A stretch of 64,000 nt of DNA from Pseudomonadota bacterium. Its GTDB lineage: Bacteria; Bdellovibrionota; FAC87; UBA2466. Location of the stretch: contig JAYSWN010000068.1 in the NCBI GenBank assembly GCA_043718025.1, positions 74,771-138,770 on the forward strand, written 5' to 3'. Shown one piece after another: positions 32,415 to 40,212 of the stretch (the stretch's first letter is position 1; the number at the start of each line of letters is the position of its first letter). A model generated the notes under the pieces. That model did no database searches, had not been told where the DNA came from, and saw nothing but the letters and a program-made list of their open reading frames with translations. A program made the translations under genes and the position numbers.

Positions 32415-33605
32415 GTGATCGTGTCGGAAAATGTAAATGATGTTCCAAATAAAAATTGGAAATTCGAAACCATGGCCGTGCATGCTGGAGTAAAACCCGA
32501 CCCGTCCACCGGCGCCATCATGACGCCCATTTACGCCACCAGCACCTACGTGCAGAAATCGCCGGGTGAGCACCAAGGCTACGATTATTCGCGAGCCGGA
32601 AACCCTACGCGTAGCGCGCTCGAACAGAGTTTGGCTGCGCTCGAAGGTGCCAAGTACGGGTTTGCCTTTTCGTCGGGCTGTGCCGCCTCGGATACCTTGT
32701 TGCATTTGCTAAAAACCGGTGACCATTTAGTTTCGGTCGACGATGTTTACGGCGGCTCCAGTAGACTCTTCCGCACGGTTTGGGCTCAACACGGAATGCA
32801 GGTCACTTTTGGTGACCTATCTAAAAGTAGTCCGGCCGATTTCGCCAAGCCCAACACTAAAATGATCTGGATCGAGACCCCCACCAACCCGTTGCTTAAG
32901 GTGATCGACATTCAGCGCGTCGTGGACTGGGCCGCTAAACAGAATCCGCGCCCGCTGGTTATCGTCGATAACACTTTTGCGACGCCTTACTTTCAGCAAC
33001 CACTTAAGCTTGGTGCCGATGTAGTTTTGCACTCCACCACGAAGTACATTAACGGCCATAGCGATGTGATCGGCGGCGCCTTAATGACCAATAACCTTGA
33101 GTTGAGCGAGCGCATTTATCACATTCAGAAGTCGGCGGGTGGAGTGGCGAGCCCTTTCGACGCCTTCTTAACGTTGCGAGGAATTAAGACTCTGGCCCTG
33201 CGCATGAAACGGCATCAGGAGAGCGCTTCGGAGCTCGCGGAGTGGCTGGAAAAACACCCTCAAGTTGAGAAAGTGATTTATCCCGGTCTGACGTCGCACC
33301 CAAATTACGGAGTGGCTAAAAAGCAAATGTCGGGCAGCGGCGGCATGATCACTTTTTTCTTAAAGGGCGGATTGGCCAATGCGCGGCGAATGCTTGAAAA
33401 CGTGCGCCTGTTTGCTTGCGCTGAGAGCTTGGGCGGGGTGGAGTCGCTGATTGAACACCCGGCCATCATGACTCATGCGTCGTTGCCCAGCGAGACTCGG
33501 GCGTCGTTGGGAATTTCGGATACGCTGGTGCGCTTAAGTGTGGGCATTGAGGCGTTAGACGACATAAAGGCCGATCTCGAGTACGCTTTGGCCAAAGCGA
33601 AATAA
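32415..33605 (+). CDS. Cystathionine gamma-lyase/synthase (PLP-dependent transsulfuration enzyme)
   Basis: YSRAGNPTR, ETPTNP, DNTFATP, HSTTKYINGHSD (PLP lysine) and AESLGGVESL motifs. Confidence 0.93.
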   Translation: MIVSENVNDVPNKNWKFETMAVHAGVKPDPSTGAIMTPIYATSTYVQKSPGEHQGYDYSRAGNPTRSALEQSLAALEGAKYGFAFSSGCAASDTLLHLLKTGDHLVSVDDVYGGSSRLFRTVWAQHGMQVTFGDLSKSSPADFAKPNTKMIWIETPTNPLLKVIDIQRVVDWAAKQNPRPLVIVDNTFATPYFQQPLKLGADVVLHSTTKYINGHSDVIGGALMTNNLELSERIYHIQKSAGGVASPFDAFLTLRGIKTLALRMKRHQESASELAEWLEKHPQVEKVIYPGLTSHPNYGVAKKQMSGSGGMITFFLKGGLANARRMLENVRLFACAESLGGVESLIEHPAIMTHASLPSETRASLGISDTLVRLSVGIEALDDIKADLEYALAKAK

Positions 33606-33611
33606 CGAAGC

Positions 33612-34559
33612 GTGAAAAATACAGTCATCATTTGGGGCGGCGCAATACTTTGCCTTTTTCCGTTTGTGACTTCAGCCACGGCTTTGGTAGCTGGTCTATT
33701 TTTAAGCCTCGGCCTCAACATCGTAGCTAATTCCGATCAGAAAAAAGCGGCGAAACTGGCGATGCAGCTTTCGATCGTTTTTTTAGGGTTCGGTATGGAT
33801 CCGTCGGCCGTGGTGCGAGCCGGAACCCACGGTATTTTATTTACCGCGGGTTCCATTGCTTTCACTTTATTTGCCGGCTGGTGGCTGGCGCGTTGGTATG
33901 GCGTACCCAAACGCTTGGGCACATTGCTTGCGATGGGTACCGCCATCTGCGGGGCTAGCGCAATCGCCGCCGTCACGCCGATAATCAAAGCGGAACACGA
34001 AGAGGTTGCGGTAGCCCTAGCCGTAGTTTTTCTTTTGAACTCTACGGCACTTCTCTTTTTTCCGGAGATGGGCCACGCCTTGGGAATGACGGCAGTGAGT
34101 TTTGGCACCTTCGCCGGCATCGCGATTCACGACACGAGTTCGGTGGTGGGAGCCGCGGCCCGTTTTTCAGAGGCCAGCCTTTCTGTCGCCACAACCGTAA
34201 AGCTTACCCGGGCGCTGTGGATATTGCCCATCACTTTAGTTCTGGGGGCGCTGTCTACTCATGATGCGACTCAAAAATTTTCGTGGAAGAAAGCAATTAA
34301 GGCGGGGTTACCCTGGTTTATTCCCGCATTTTTGATCGCGGTGGCCATTCGTGCGGTATGGACGGGCGGCATGACGGTGTTCTTGGTGCTCTCGCGAATT
34401 GGTAAGGCAGGATTAAACGCAGGAATTTTTCTAATCGGCGTGCAAATGAGTAGGGCGGCCCTAACCAAGGCCGGCGCTCGCCCGTTAATGATGGGCGTAA
34501 CGCTTTGGGCCGTTGTTATCGTGATGACGTTGATTTTGGTGCTGAACGGCGTTTTTTGA
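33612..34559 (+). CDS. YeiH/PSE-family putative sulfate exporter
   Basis: GTAICGASAIAA, AIHDTSSVVGA and VKLTRALW motifs; about 10 TM segments. Confidence 0.9.
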   Translation: MKNTVIIWGGAILCLFPFVTSATALVAGLFLSLGLNIVANSDQKKAAKLAMQLSIVFLGFGMDPSAVVRAGTHGILFTAGSIAFTLFAGWWLARWYGVPKRLGTLLAMGTAICGASAIAAVTPIIKAEHEEVAVALAVVFLLNSTALLFFPEMGHALGMTAVSFGTFAGIAIHDTSSVVGAAARFSEASLSVATTVKLTRALWILPITLVLGALSTHDATQKFSWKKAIKAGLPWFIPAFLIAVAIRAVWTGGMTVFLVLSRIGKAGLNAGIFLIGVQMSRAALTKAGARPLMMGVTLWAVVIVMTLILVLNGVF

Positions 34560-34632
34560 TTAAAGCGAGAACGCCGAATATTCCCCAGGGTCGCGCCTAA
34601 AGAAGCATCGTGGTGGTTGTTCAACAGCCTGC

Positions 34633-35298
34633 TCACTTGGTTCCAAACTGGTAGGCAACCTGGGAATCGTCGGAGAAGATCGGATTGCGAACGAAAAAGG
34701 CCGCCTGCACGGTAAATGGACGACGGGCGATCTTAGATTCCGCCTGGCTCGACAAGGCACCGACGATATGAAAACGAACAAAACAATTCTCGGTCGTGGG
34801 ATTGACGGCATGTTGCTCGCTGATGCGCCGGGGTAACAGTGGACACGTTTCGCTGTCCATTTTTGTGTCGCCGCAGAACGTAACTGTCTTGATATGACGA
34901 TAGCTCGCGCCGGAAGACCAAGTTCCCAGCTCTTCATCCGTTAACGTTTCATAGAATACGGTATGGCTCACGGTATCTAAACGAAAGCGAACCTCCGTCG
35001 TGTCGCCCGTGGGTGGCCGTTTAAAGTCGACGGAGCATTGAAGCGTTGTTTCATTCGCTTCACGGCAGCCGCTCGGACTTACGCCCGGGACCACACTGGC
35101 GGCCCGGCCAATTTTGAGAATGTGGTCGGTGAGCGCGGTAACACTCTCTTCCATGGCCGACCGATCCGAAAATAGGAACGATAAGAAAGTCTGGTTGCCA
35201 CCCACCCTGAGAAATAGGGTCGTGGCGAGCGAAAGGAGGACCATTACGATGAGTGTTTCAAGCAATGTGAACCCTTTATCGGAATAGATTTGACGCAT
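34633..35298 (-). CDS. Prepilin-type N-terminal methylation protein (PilW/PulJ-like minor pilin)
   Basis: Class III signal KG|FTLLETLIVMVLL; four Cys in the globular domain. Confidence 0.8.
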   Translation of the reverse strand: MRQIYSDKGFTLLETLIVMVLLSLATTLFLRVGGNQTFLSFLFSDRSAMEESVTALTDHILKIGRAASVVPGVSPSGCREANETTLQCSVDFKRPPTGDTTEVRFRLDTVSHTVFYETLTDEELGTWSSGASYRHIKTVTFCGDTKMDSETCPLLPRRISEQHAVNPTTENCFVRFHIVGALSSQAESKIARRPFTVQAAFFVRNPIFSDDSQVAYQFGTK

Positions 35299-35299
35299 T

Positions 35300-35893
35300 T
35301 TATTTCTCCAAAATTAGCAGCGAGAGTTGAACTTCTTTTTCTTCGAATCCACCACTGCGTGCCGCCACCCAATTAGCCACCACCGAAACCAGTAGAGTTT
35401 GATTTGGGCTTAGCGGGAATTCCGCTGGGGTTTTGCCGCAAGCTTTGGAATTTACTTCTCGCGTGATGCGATCGATCACCTCGACTCGGTAATAGCGATT
35501 AAGCGTCTGCATGGTGCCAACATTTTCTGGCCCCCCTTCATTCGCCGCAGAGCCGGCTAAGGGGTCGGGCAGGGCGACGACCCCCGTTGCCCGATCAAGC
35601 CGATTAATATCGGCACAAAAAGCGTAAGGAAGGCTCGTTGGATCGACGGGGTTTTTGCCGAGGTACGCAAGGAGCGTGTTGTTTTTCATTGAACGAAAGA
35701 ATTCGGCAAGCTCGGTTGCACTCGATTGAGCAATCACTCGCTGCTGCACTCGTGCCATCGTCTTGCGCGATGAGACCTCTCCCACCAACATGATGAAGAG
35801 GGCCAGCGAGATGATTAGCAGGGACATCACAAACGATAAAAGAGTGAAGCCACTTTTACCCCGGAGGTAAGAGTGCGGTTTAAAGTCTCTCAT
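35300..35893 (-). CDS. Minor pilin-like protein (PilV-like position), lacking Glu5
   Basis: KSG|FTLLSFVMSLLII followed by a hydrophobic helix; Cys pair; C-terminal VSVVANW strand. Confidence 0.7.
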   Translation of the reverse strand: MRDFKPHSYLRGKSGFTLLSFVMSLLIISLALFIMLVGEVSSRKTMARVQQRVIAQSSATELAEFFRSMKNNTLLAYLGKNPVDPTSLPYAFCADINRLDRATGVVALPDPLAGSAANEGGPENVGTMQTLNRYYRVEVIDRITREVNSKACGKTPAEFPLSPNQTLLVSVVANWVAARSGGFEEKEVQLSLLILEK

Positions 35894-35895
35894 GT

Positions 35896-38040
35896 TTATT
35901 CCTTTCCCACGGGTTGAAATTCAGTCTCTTCAGGATACGGTTCGCCCGGAGGGTAGCTCATGGTTTTACCTCTTCCGAGCATTCCGTTGCTGTTGTAGCC
36001 TTTGCAATACGCTCGTTCCGTAGTCTCAAGGCAACTAATGCGAAACAAGCTCGAAAGAACGCGTGTGATTTTAGGGTGGTGGGGCAGGTTTGGCCTTTCC
36101 CACAAAACCGGCTTTTGTATGAACGCGGGAGTGGCGCCGTAAGTTCGTCCCCAATAGAAGAGTTTTCCCGATTTTTCTTCGGCGACGATTTGGCCGTCAA
36201 AGGTTCCCAACAATTTTGTAGTGCCAGAGTAGTTAGCCACCCCTTCGGTCTCCACGGCACGCGGAGTGTAATCCCACGGAATGTGGTAGCTCGTCGGGGA
36301 ATTGAAAGAGAGGTAATCTGGGGGAACGTGGCCCGGGGGACGGGTAACGACGGGGCCACGCCCGAGCAATCCGCTATAACCCGTATGCCCCCAACTCGAT
36401 AGTTTACCGTTACGGTGAACTGCGAATACCACATTGTTGATACAGGAGAGGTTGAGATCGTTTTCCGTTTCGCCGGGTCCCAGCAAAGACGCCAAGTTGA
36501 GCTTATGAGGCGGCGTTGTGGAGTTTGATCCGATTCGGACCGTGTGAGGATGCACCAGAATATCTCGCGATGAATTCTCTCCCGTGGTGTACCAACTGCC
36601 GCCGCTGGTCTGCAGGTAAATGGCGTTTCCGCAGGCATTCATTTGGCTCCATTTTTCATTGTTTGCGGGAACTTGGAAGTGCGTGCCGTCGTTGGCGTCA
36701 TTTCCGCAAAATGACCAGGTTAAGCGAACGGGGTCATAGGAAATTCCGGAGCCCAAACTTGCTAACGAGTTTTCCTTTAAGAGATAAACACCCCAGCCGC
36801 TGTTTATCCGGCCCCAACAGTAGATCTCCCCTTCAGAAGTAAGACCGCAGGTCTGTTGGTCGAGTACTGCGACGTCCGAAAAGGCGGGGACTGGCTTGCC
36901 CTCCGGAAGACGCATGGGAAGAGGCTTCTTGGAACAGATTTCTTCTTTCAAACAAATGTCTGGAGCCTTTCCCCCTTGTCCGAGCAGACCATAATCTGAG
37001 GAGGAGGCCTCGTTCTCTCTCTCGTTAACTTGATCGAGCCCCCAGCAGTAGAGTTTCTTATCTTTGGAAAGGCCACAGAACCGATGTGCCCCGCCAGTAA
37101 TTTTAGTGAAAGTCTTCTCGCCGGACATTGCGGAGGTGTCCACGGGTAGTGGAAAAGACGCACAGAGTACCGGATGTGTTTTTGGTGCCGGCCAAGCAAG
37201 GTCCTCTTCCGTCGTGCACGGTTCGAGCCCTTTCGTACTTTCTCCAATTCCAAGACTGCCTCTCATGTGCTCTCCCCAGCAATAGGCCTTTCCCGCTCGG
37301 TCGAGGCCGCAAACGGCCTCCCCATTGGTGGCTAGTGATACGATGGGAATGTCTCGTCTGCCGGCAGGCGTGGGAGTTGGTGAAGGACTTGGACTCGGTT
37401 GTGGATCCGGATCCGGACTTGGACTGGGTGACGGATCGGGGCTCGGCGATGGATCCGGATTCGGCGTTGGCGTGGGACTTGGCAAAGCATCCGGACTCGG
37501 CGTTGGAATGGGGCTCGGTGTGGGGGACGGAGTAAGTGGGGTCTTTAAGGCGAGGCAAGTTTGAATCATAGTACCATTCATTTTTTTTCGACCGCAAAGA
37601 CTGGCTCCGCTAAGAAGAAAATGGGTAGGATTTTTGGGATCGACGGGGGGTAACTTTACGGAGAAATCTCCCCCCGAAAACCGTTTCATCGCGCTTGAGT
37701 AAATTGGTTTTGTCGGCGTCTCATTTTCCTTAGGTTCGGCGACGCCATTCTCGATGAAGTCGACGCGGCGAATGCAATCCCCGGCGCTGGCATCAATGAC
37801 TTCAGCTTTTACGGCATAATATTGATTCAACGCCACCACTTCTGCATCGAGCACAGCCTGCTGGGAGTTCAGCCGTGTCGTCTGGCGCCGAACGTGAACT
37901 GAACTCAGCACTTGAATCGCGGTTACCCAACTCATGCTCAGGGTCAATAACAGGACGGCCGTAGCGACGAATACATCGCCCTTGCTGTTTTTTAGTCCTC
38001 GACGAAGTTGAATCTTAAAAAAATGTGAGTGCAGAGGCAA
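35896..38040 (-). CDS. PilX-like pilin N-terminus fused through a Pro-rich linker to an RCC1-like beta-propeller (putative pilus-tip adhesin)
   Basis: [15 protein letters not shown]; repeated CG(L)...G..YCWG and G.LG.G RCC1/BLIP-II motifs; TTG start with AGGAG RBS. Confidence 0.75.
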   Translation of the reverse strand: MPLHSHFFKIQLRRGLKNSKGDVFVATAVLLLTLSMSWVTAIQVLSSVHVRRQTTRLNSQQAVLDAEVVALNQYYAVKAEVIDASAGDCIRRVDFIENGVAEPKENETPTKPIYSSAMKRFSGGDFSVKLPPVDPKNPTHFLLSGASLCGRKKMNGTMIQTCLALKTPLTPSPTPSPIPTPSPDALPSPTPTPNPDPSPSPDPSPSPSPDPDPQPSPSPSPTPTPAGRRDIPIVSLATNGEAVCGLDRAGKAYCWGEHMRGSLGIGESTKGLEPCTTEEDLAWPAPKTHPVLCASFPLPVDTSAMSGEKTFTKITGGAHRFCGLSKDKKLYCWGLDQVNERENEASSSDYGLLGQGGKAPDICLKEEICSKKPLPMRLPEGKPVPAFSDVAVLDQQTCGLTSEGEIYCWGRINSGWGVYLLKENSLASLGSGISYDPVRLTWSFCGNDANDGTHFQVPANNEKWSQMNACGNAIYLQTSGGSWYTTGENSSRDILVHPHTVRIGSNSTTPPHKLNLASLLGPGETENDLNLSCINNVVFAVHRNGKLSSWGHTGYSGLLGRGPVVTRPPGHVPPDYLSFNSPTSYHIPWDYTPRAVETEGVANYSGTTKLLGTFDGQIVAEEKSGKLFYWGRTYGATPAFIQKPVLWERPNLPHHPKITRVLSSLFRISCLETTERAYCKGYNSNGMLGRGKTMSYPPGEPYPEETEFQPVGKE
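37367..37540 (-). repeat. Coding low-complexity (PT/PS/PD)n linker
   Basis: Encodes [56 protein letters not shown]. Boundaries approximate. Confidence 0.85.
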
Positions 38041-38113
38041 TGTCGCTCCTAAAGTGGATTTAATGAATCTGGCTTAGGTGTACCTTTAGACTACGCAAAG
38101 GCCGGTTTCTGCT

Positions 38114-38134
38114 CCACCTACGAATTTGGTGCGA
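38114..38134. promoter_or_regulatory. 21-bp motif, copy 1 (upstream of the pilin/RCC1 operon)
   Basis: CCACCTACGAATTTGGTGCGA; a minus-strand TAGTCT -10 box (38088-38093) lies exactly 20 nt away. Confidence 0.75.
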
Positions 38135-38184
38135 TGGGTTGCAACTTGCGTGGAAAATGAGTGGTGGTGAACGTCGTAAATGAC

Positions 38185-38230
38185 GAAGGTCTCCCTTCTC
38201 GTTAGGTGGGTAACGAAAAGGGAGACCTTC
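38185..38230. terminator. 20-bp stem hairpin between the EF-hand gene and the pilin operon promoter
   Basis: GAAGGTCTCCCTTCTCGTTA / TAACGAAAAGGGAGACCTTC with one mismatch (G-U on the minus strand). The U-tail is weak. Confidence 0.55.
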
Positions 38231-38299
38231 TTTCTGCGAGATTACTAGGGGGAATATAGCTAGAGGGTAACACTTTCGGAAGGGGGGGCTTGCGGAGTT

Positions 38300-38905
38300 T
38301 TAACGATAGACATTGGCTGCCGCCGTGATTTCATCATTGTCTAGCCACTGGTCTTGATTGAGATCGACCCAACCATGACGTGCGTAGCATTCCATCTTTG
38401 GTTTCGTGGAATTGAGCAGGTACTCCGCGACCAAAAATGAAGCGCTGCGCAGTGCTGTCTTCTCCGTCGTCGAAAGAGCACCATCTTTATTGGTATCAGC
38501 CTTTGAAAAATAGACCAGCTCGGCAACCAGACAGTTGTGAATTGAACTTCGGTCGGAGAGATCTGTAAATGCATACGTCTCGATTGACCGACGGTTTACG
38601 AGACCGAGCAAGGACTTCACGATTTCACTATCGAAAGCACTGATGACTCCGTCGCGGTTCAGGTCAAACATTTGATTTTGCGTCGTGATTCGAGCCCCCA
38701 AGTTATTCATGATTCCTCCGTAGGCCTCATGGTATTCTCGAGGGGTAAAAACGCCGTCCCCATTTGTGTCTAATAAGCGCGAAAACATCTGATGTAGTTT
38801 AAAGCTGGTACGTCCATTCAATTGGTTCACGCATTCCGCGTGGGCTCGCGTTGAATTGATGACGAGGGCCAGCAATAGTAGCGGTAGGCCGAGGGTAATT
38901 TTCAT
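38300..38905 (-). CDS. Secreted EF-hand (calcium-binding) protein
   Basis: ATG 38905 with AGGAG RBS; signal peptide ending AHA; four loops DTNGDG, DLNRDG, DTNKDG, DLNQDQ. Confidence 0.8.
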   Translation of the reverse strand: MKITLGLPLLLLALVINSTRAHAECVNQLNGRTSFKLHQMFSRLLDTNGDGVFTPREYHEAYGGIMNNLGARITTQNQMFDLNRDGVISAFDSEIVKSLLGLVNRRSIETYAFTDLSDRSSIHNCLVAELVYFSKADTNKDGALSTTEKTALRSASFLVAEYLLNSTKPKMECYARHGWVDLNQDQWLDNDEITAAANVYR

Positions 38906-38970
38906 GTCTTTCACTCCTGTTATGGTTGGGGGGCTGATGTACTTAGAATACGGAGAATGCGGTGAGTGGC

Positions 38971-38991
38971 CCACGTACGAATTTGGTGCGA
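38971..38991. promoter_or_regulatory. 21-bp motif, copy 2 (upstream of the EF-hand gene)
   Basis: CCACGTACGAATTTGGTGCGA; a minus-strand TATTCT -10 box (38945-38950) lies exactly 20 nt away. Confidence 0.75.
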
Positions 38992-39087
38992 AGTCTTGGG
39001 CAGAGAAACAGTATCCCTTCCGAAATTCATTTCCAGAAAGTACCCATTAGCTTGCTTATCATTTTTGGAAACAGAATGGGTGAGAGG

Positions 39088-40014
39088 TTAAAAACCAACT
39101 GCTTCGAGAGTGTTGCGCTCGCCACTACGGGAGGCGCTAGAGTCGCCAGTGCTGCCGGTGACGCCTCGGAATGCGCCCGCGCCTGAATCCACGGGGGGGC
39201 CGCCCGCCAACTCAGAGAAATGGTACATCCAGTTACCGACACCATCCAAGCCGTTATAAATGAAACCGCCGAATCGATAACTTACCGATCTTCCGCCACC
39301 CGTCTTAATAACATCCTCCGAATGAATCTCGATGTAATCACTTCCGGTCGGGGACATGGAGCCGGCAGAAATGATTGCGCCGCCCGAATATTTAACCTGG
39401 CCATTGGCATTTAGTTTTGCCGTCACAATGATGGCATCGCGTTTCTCAATATGAGTAAGCCCATCTTCATGGTTTGTGGGCTCAGCAGCAACCGCCGCGG
39501 CCTCAACAATATATTCTTGATCTGGCTCAGGAGGACTCGAACCAATAGCTGCGGTGCGAGCGGCACTGTTTTTTCGCTCACTTAGTGGTTTCCAGACAAT
39601 TGGAATCAAGGGGAAGGGATTTTCATCGTACTCGGTCAAGTAGACGGTTTTCGCCCCGATGGAGAACGGTTCGGGAGGACGAGAAAGGCGAATTGCTTTC
39701 TGTCCTGCAGTGTCACCGCCAGCGGGGTCTTGGGCCACCACGTAGCCATTTTTTGTTACAAACAAAAATCTTAGCGCCCGTCCCGTTGCGTAGTTCCCCC
39801 TGCCATCTTCGATCGTGGTCATCGGGGAATTCGGGTGCAAGGACCAAGCAATGGCCACGGCTCCAGAAATGCCAGTGGTAGTTCCGGCACCGGTGGTGAC
39901 ACCGCCTCCCTGGGGGCGGGCACATTGCCCAATGCCTACGGTGGAAAGGCCGATGAGAAGGTAGCCTAACCATCTCCAAGCCTTAAATGGTTTTGTCGGC
40001 AATGGGCGCATCAA
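39088..40014 (-). CDS. Hypothetical exported protein, probable lipoprotein
   Basis: Basic N-terminus, hydrophobic stretch, GIGQC lipobox-like site, Gly/Thr linker. Start is 40014 (TTG) or 40011 (ATG); GAGG RBS. Confidence 0.65.
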   Translation of the reverse strand: MMRPLPTKPFKAWRWLGYLLIGLSTVGIGQCARPQGGGVTTGAGTTTGISGAVAIAWSLHPNSPMTTIEDGRGNYATGRALRFLFVTKNGYVVAQDPAGGDTAGQKAIRLSRPPEPFSIGAKTVYLTEYDENPFPLIPIVWKPLSERKNSAARTAAIGSSPPEPDQEYIVEAAAVAAEPTNHEDGLTHIEKRDAIIVTAKLNANGQVKYSGGAIISAGSMSPTGSDYIEIHSEDVIKTGGGRSVSYRFGGFIYNGLDGVGNWMYHFSELAGGPPVDSGAGAFRGVTGSTGDSSASRSGERNTLEAVGF

Positions 40015-40089
40015 CCAATTACCTCGTTGGGGGGAATAATGAATAGAGGCTCCCTTATTGTAGGTGTTTCTGAGATTGGGTGAAATTGC

Positions 40090-40104
40090 GCAATTTCGAT
40101 GCCA
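40090..40104 (-). promoter_or_regulatory. Sigma54 (-24/-12) promoter of the lipoprotein gene
   Basis: TGGCATCGAAATTGC on the minus strand: GG-N10-GC with TGGCA and TTGC, about 75 nt upstream of the start. Confidence 0.7.
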
Positions 40105-40158
40105 GACGGATATCTTAATTGGGCTGAGAAAGATGAGGGTTTAAGCAAATTGTGTTGG

Positions 40159-40179
40159 GCACGTACTAATTTGGTGCAA
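40159..40179. promoter_or_regulatory. 21-bp motif, copy 3 (in the regulator's own promoter)
   Basis: GCACGTACTAATTTGGTGCAA, 18/21 identical to copy 2, covering the -35 position of a plus-strand TATAAT at 40190-40195. Confidence 0.65.
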
Positions 40180-40212
40180 CAAGTTTGATTATAATTACGG
40201 AGGGGAGAACGA

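Noticed and set aside
37103..37597. Alternative-frame ORFs over the Pro-rich repeat
   Set aside because: They arise from the stop-poor low-complexity sequence of the RCC1 gene linker.
38114..40179. The three 21-bp copies as CRISPR repeats, att sites or degenerate sigma54 promoters
   Set aside because: The copies are about 0.9-1.2 kb apart with whole genes between them, and no cas or integrase gene is present. The reverse complement resembles -24/-12 spacing but lacks the invariant GG and GC.
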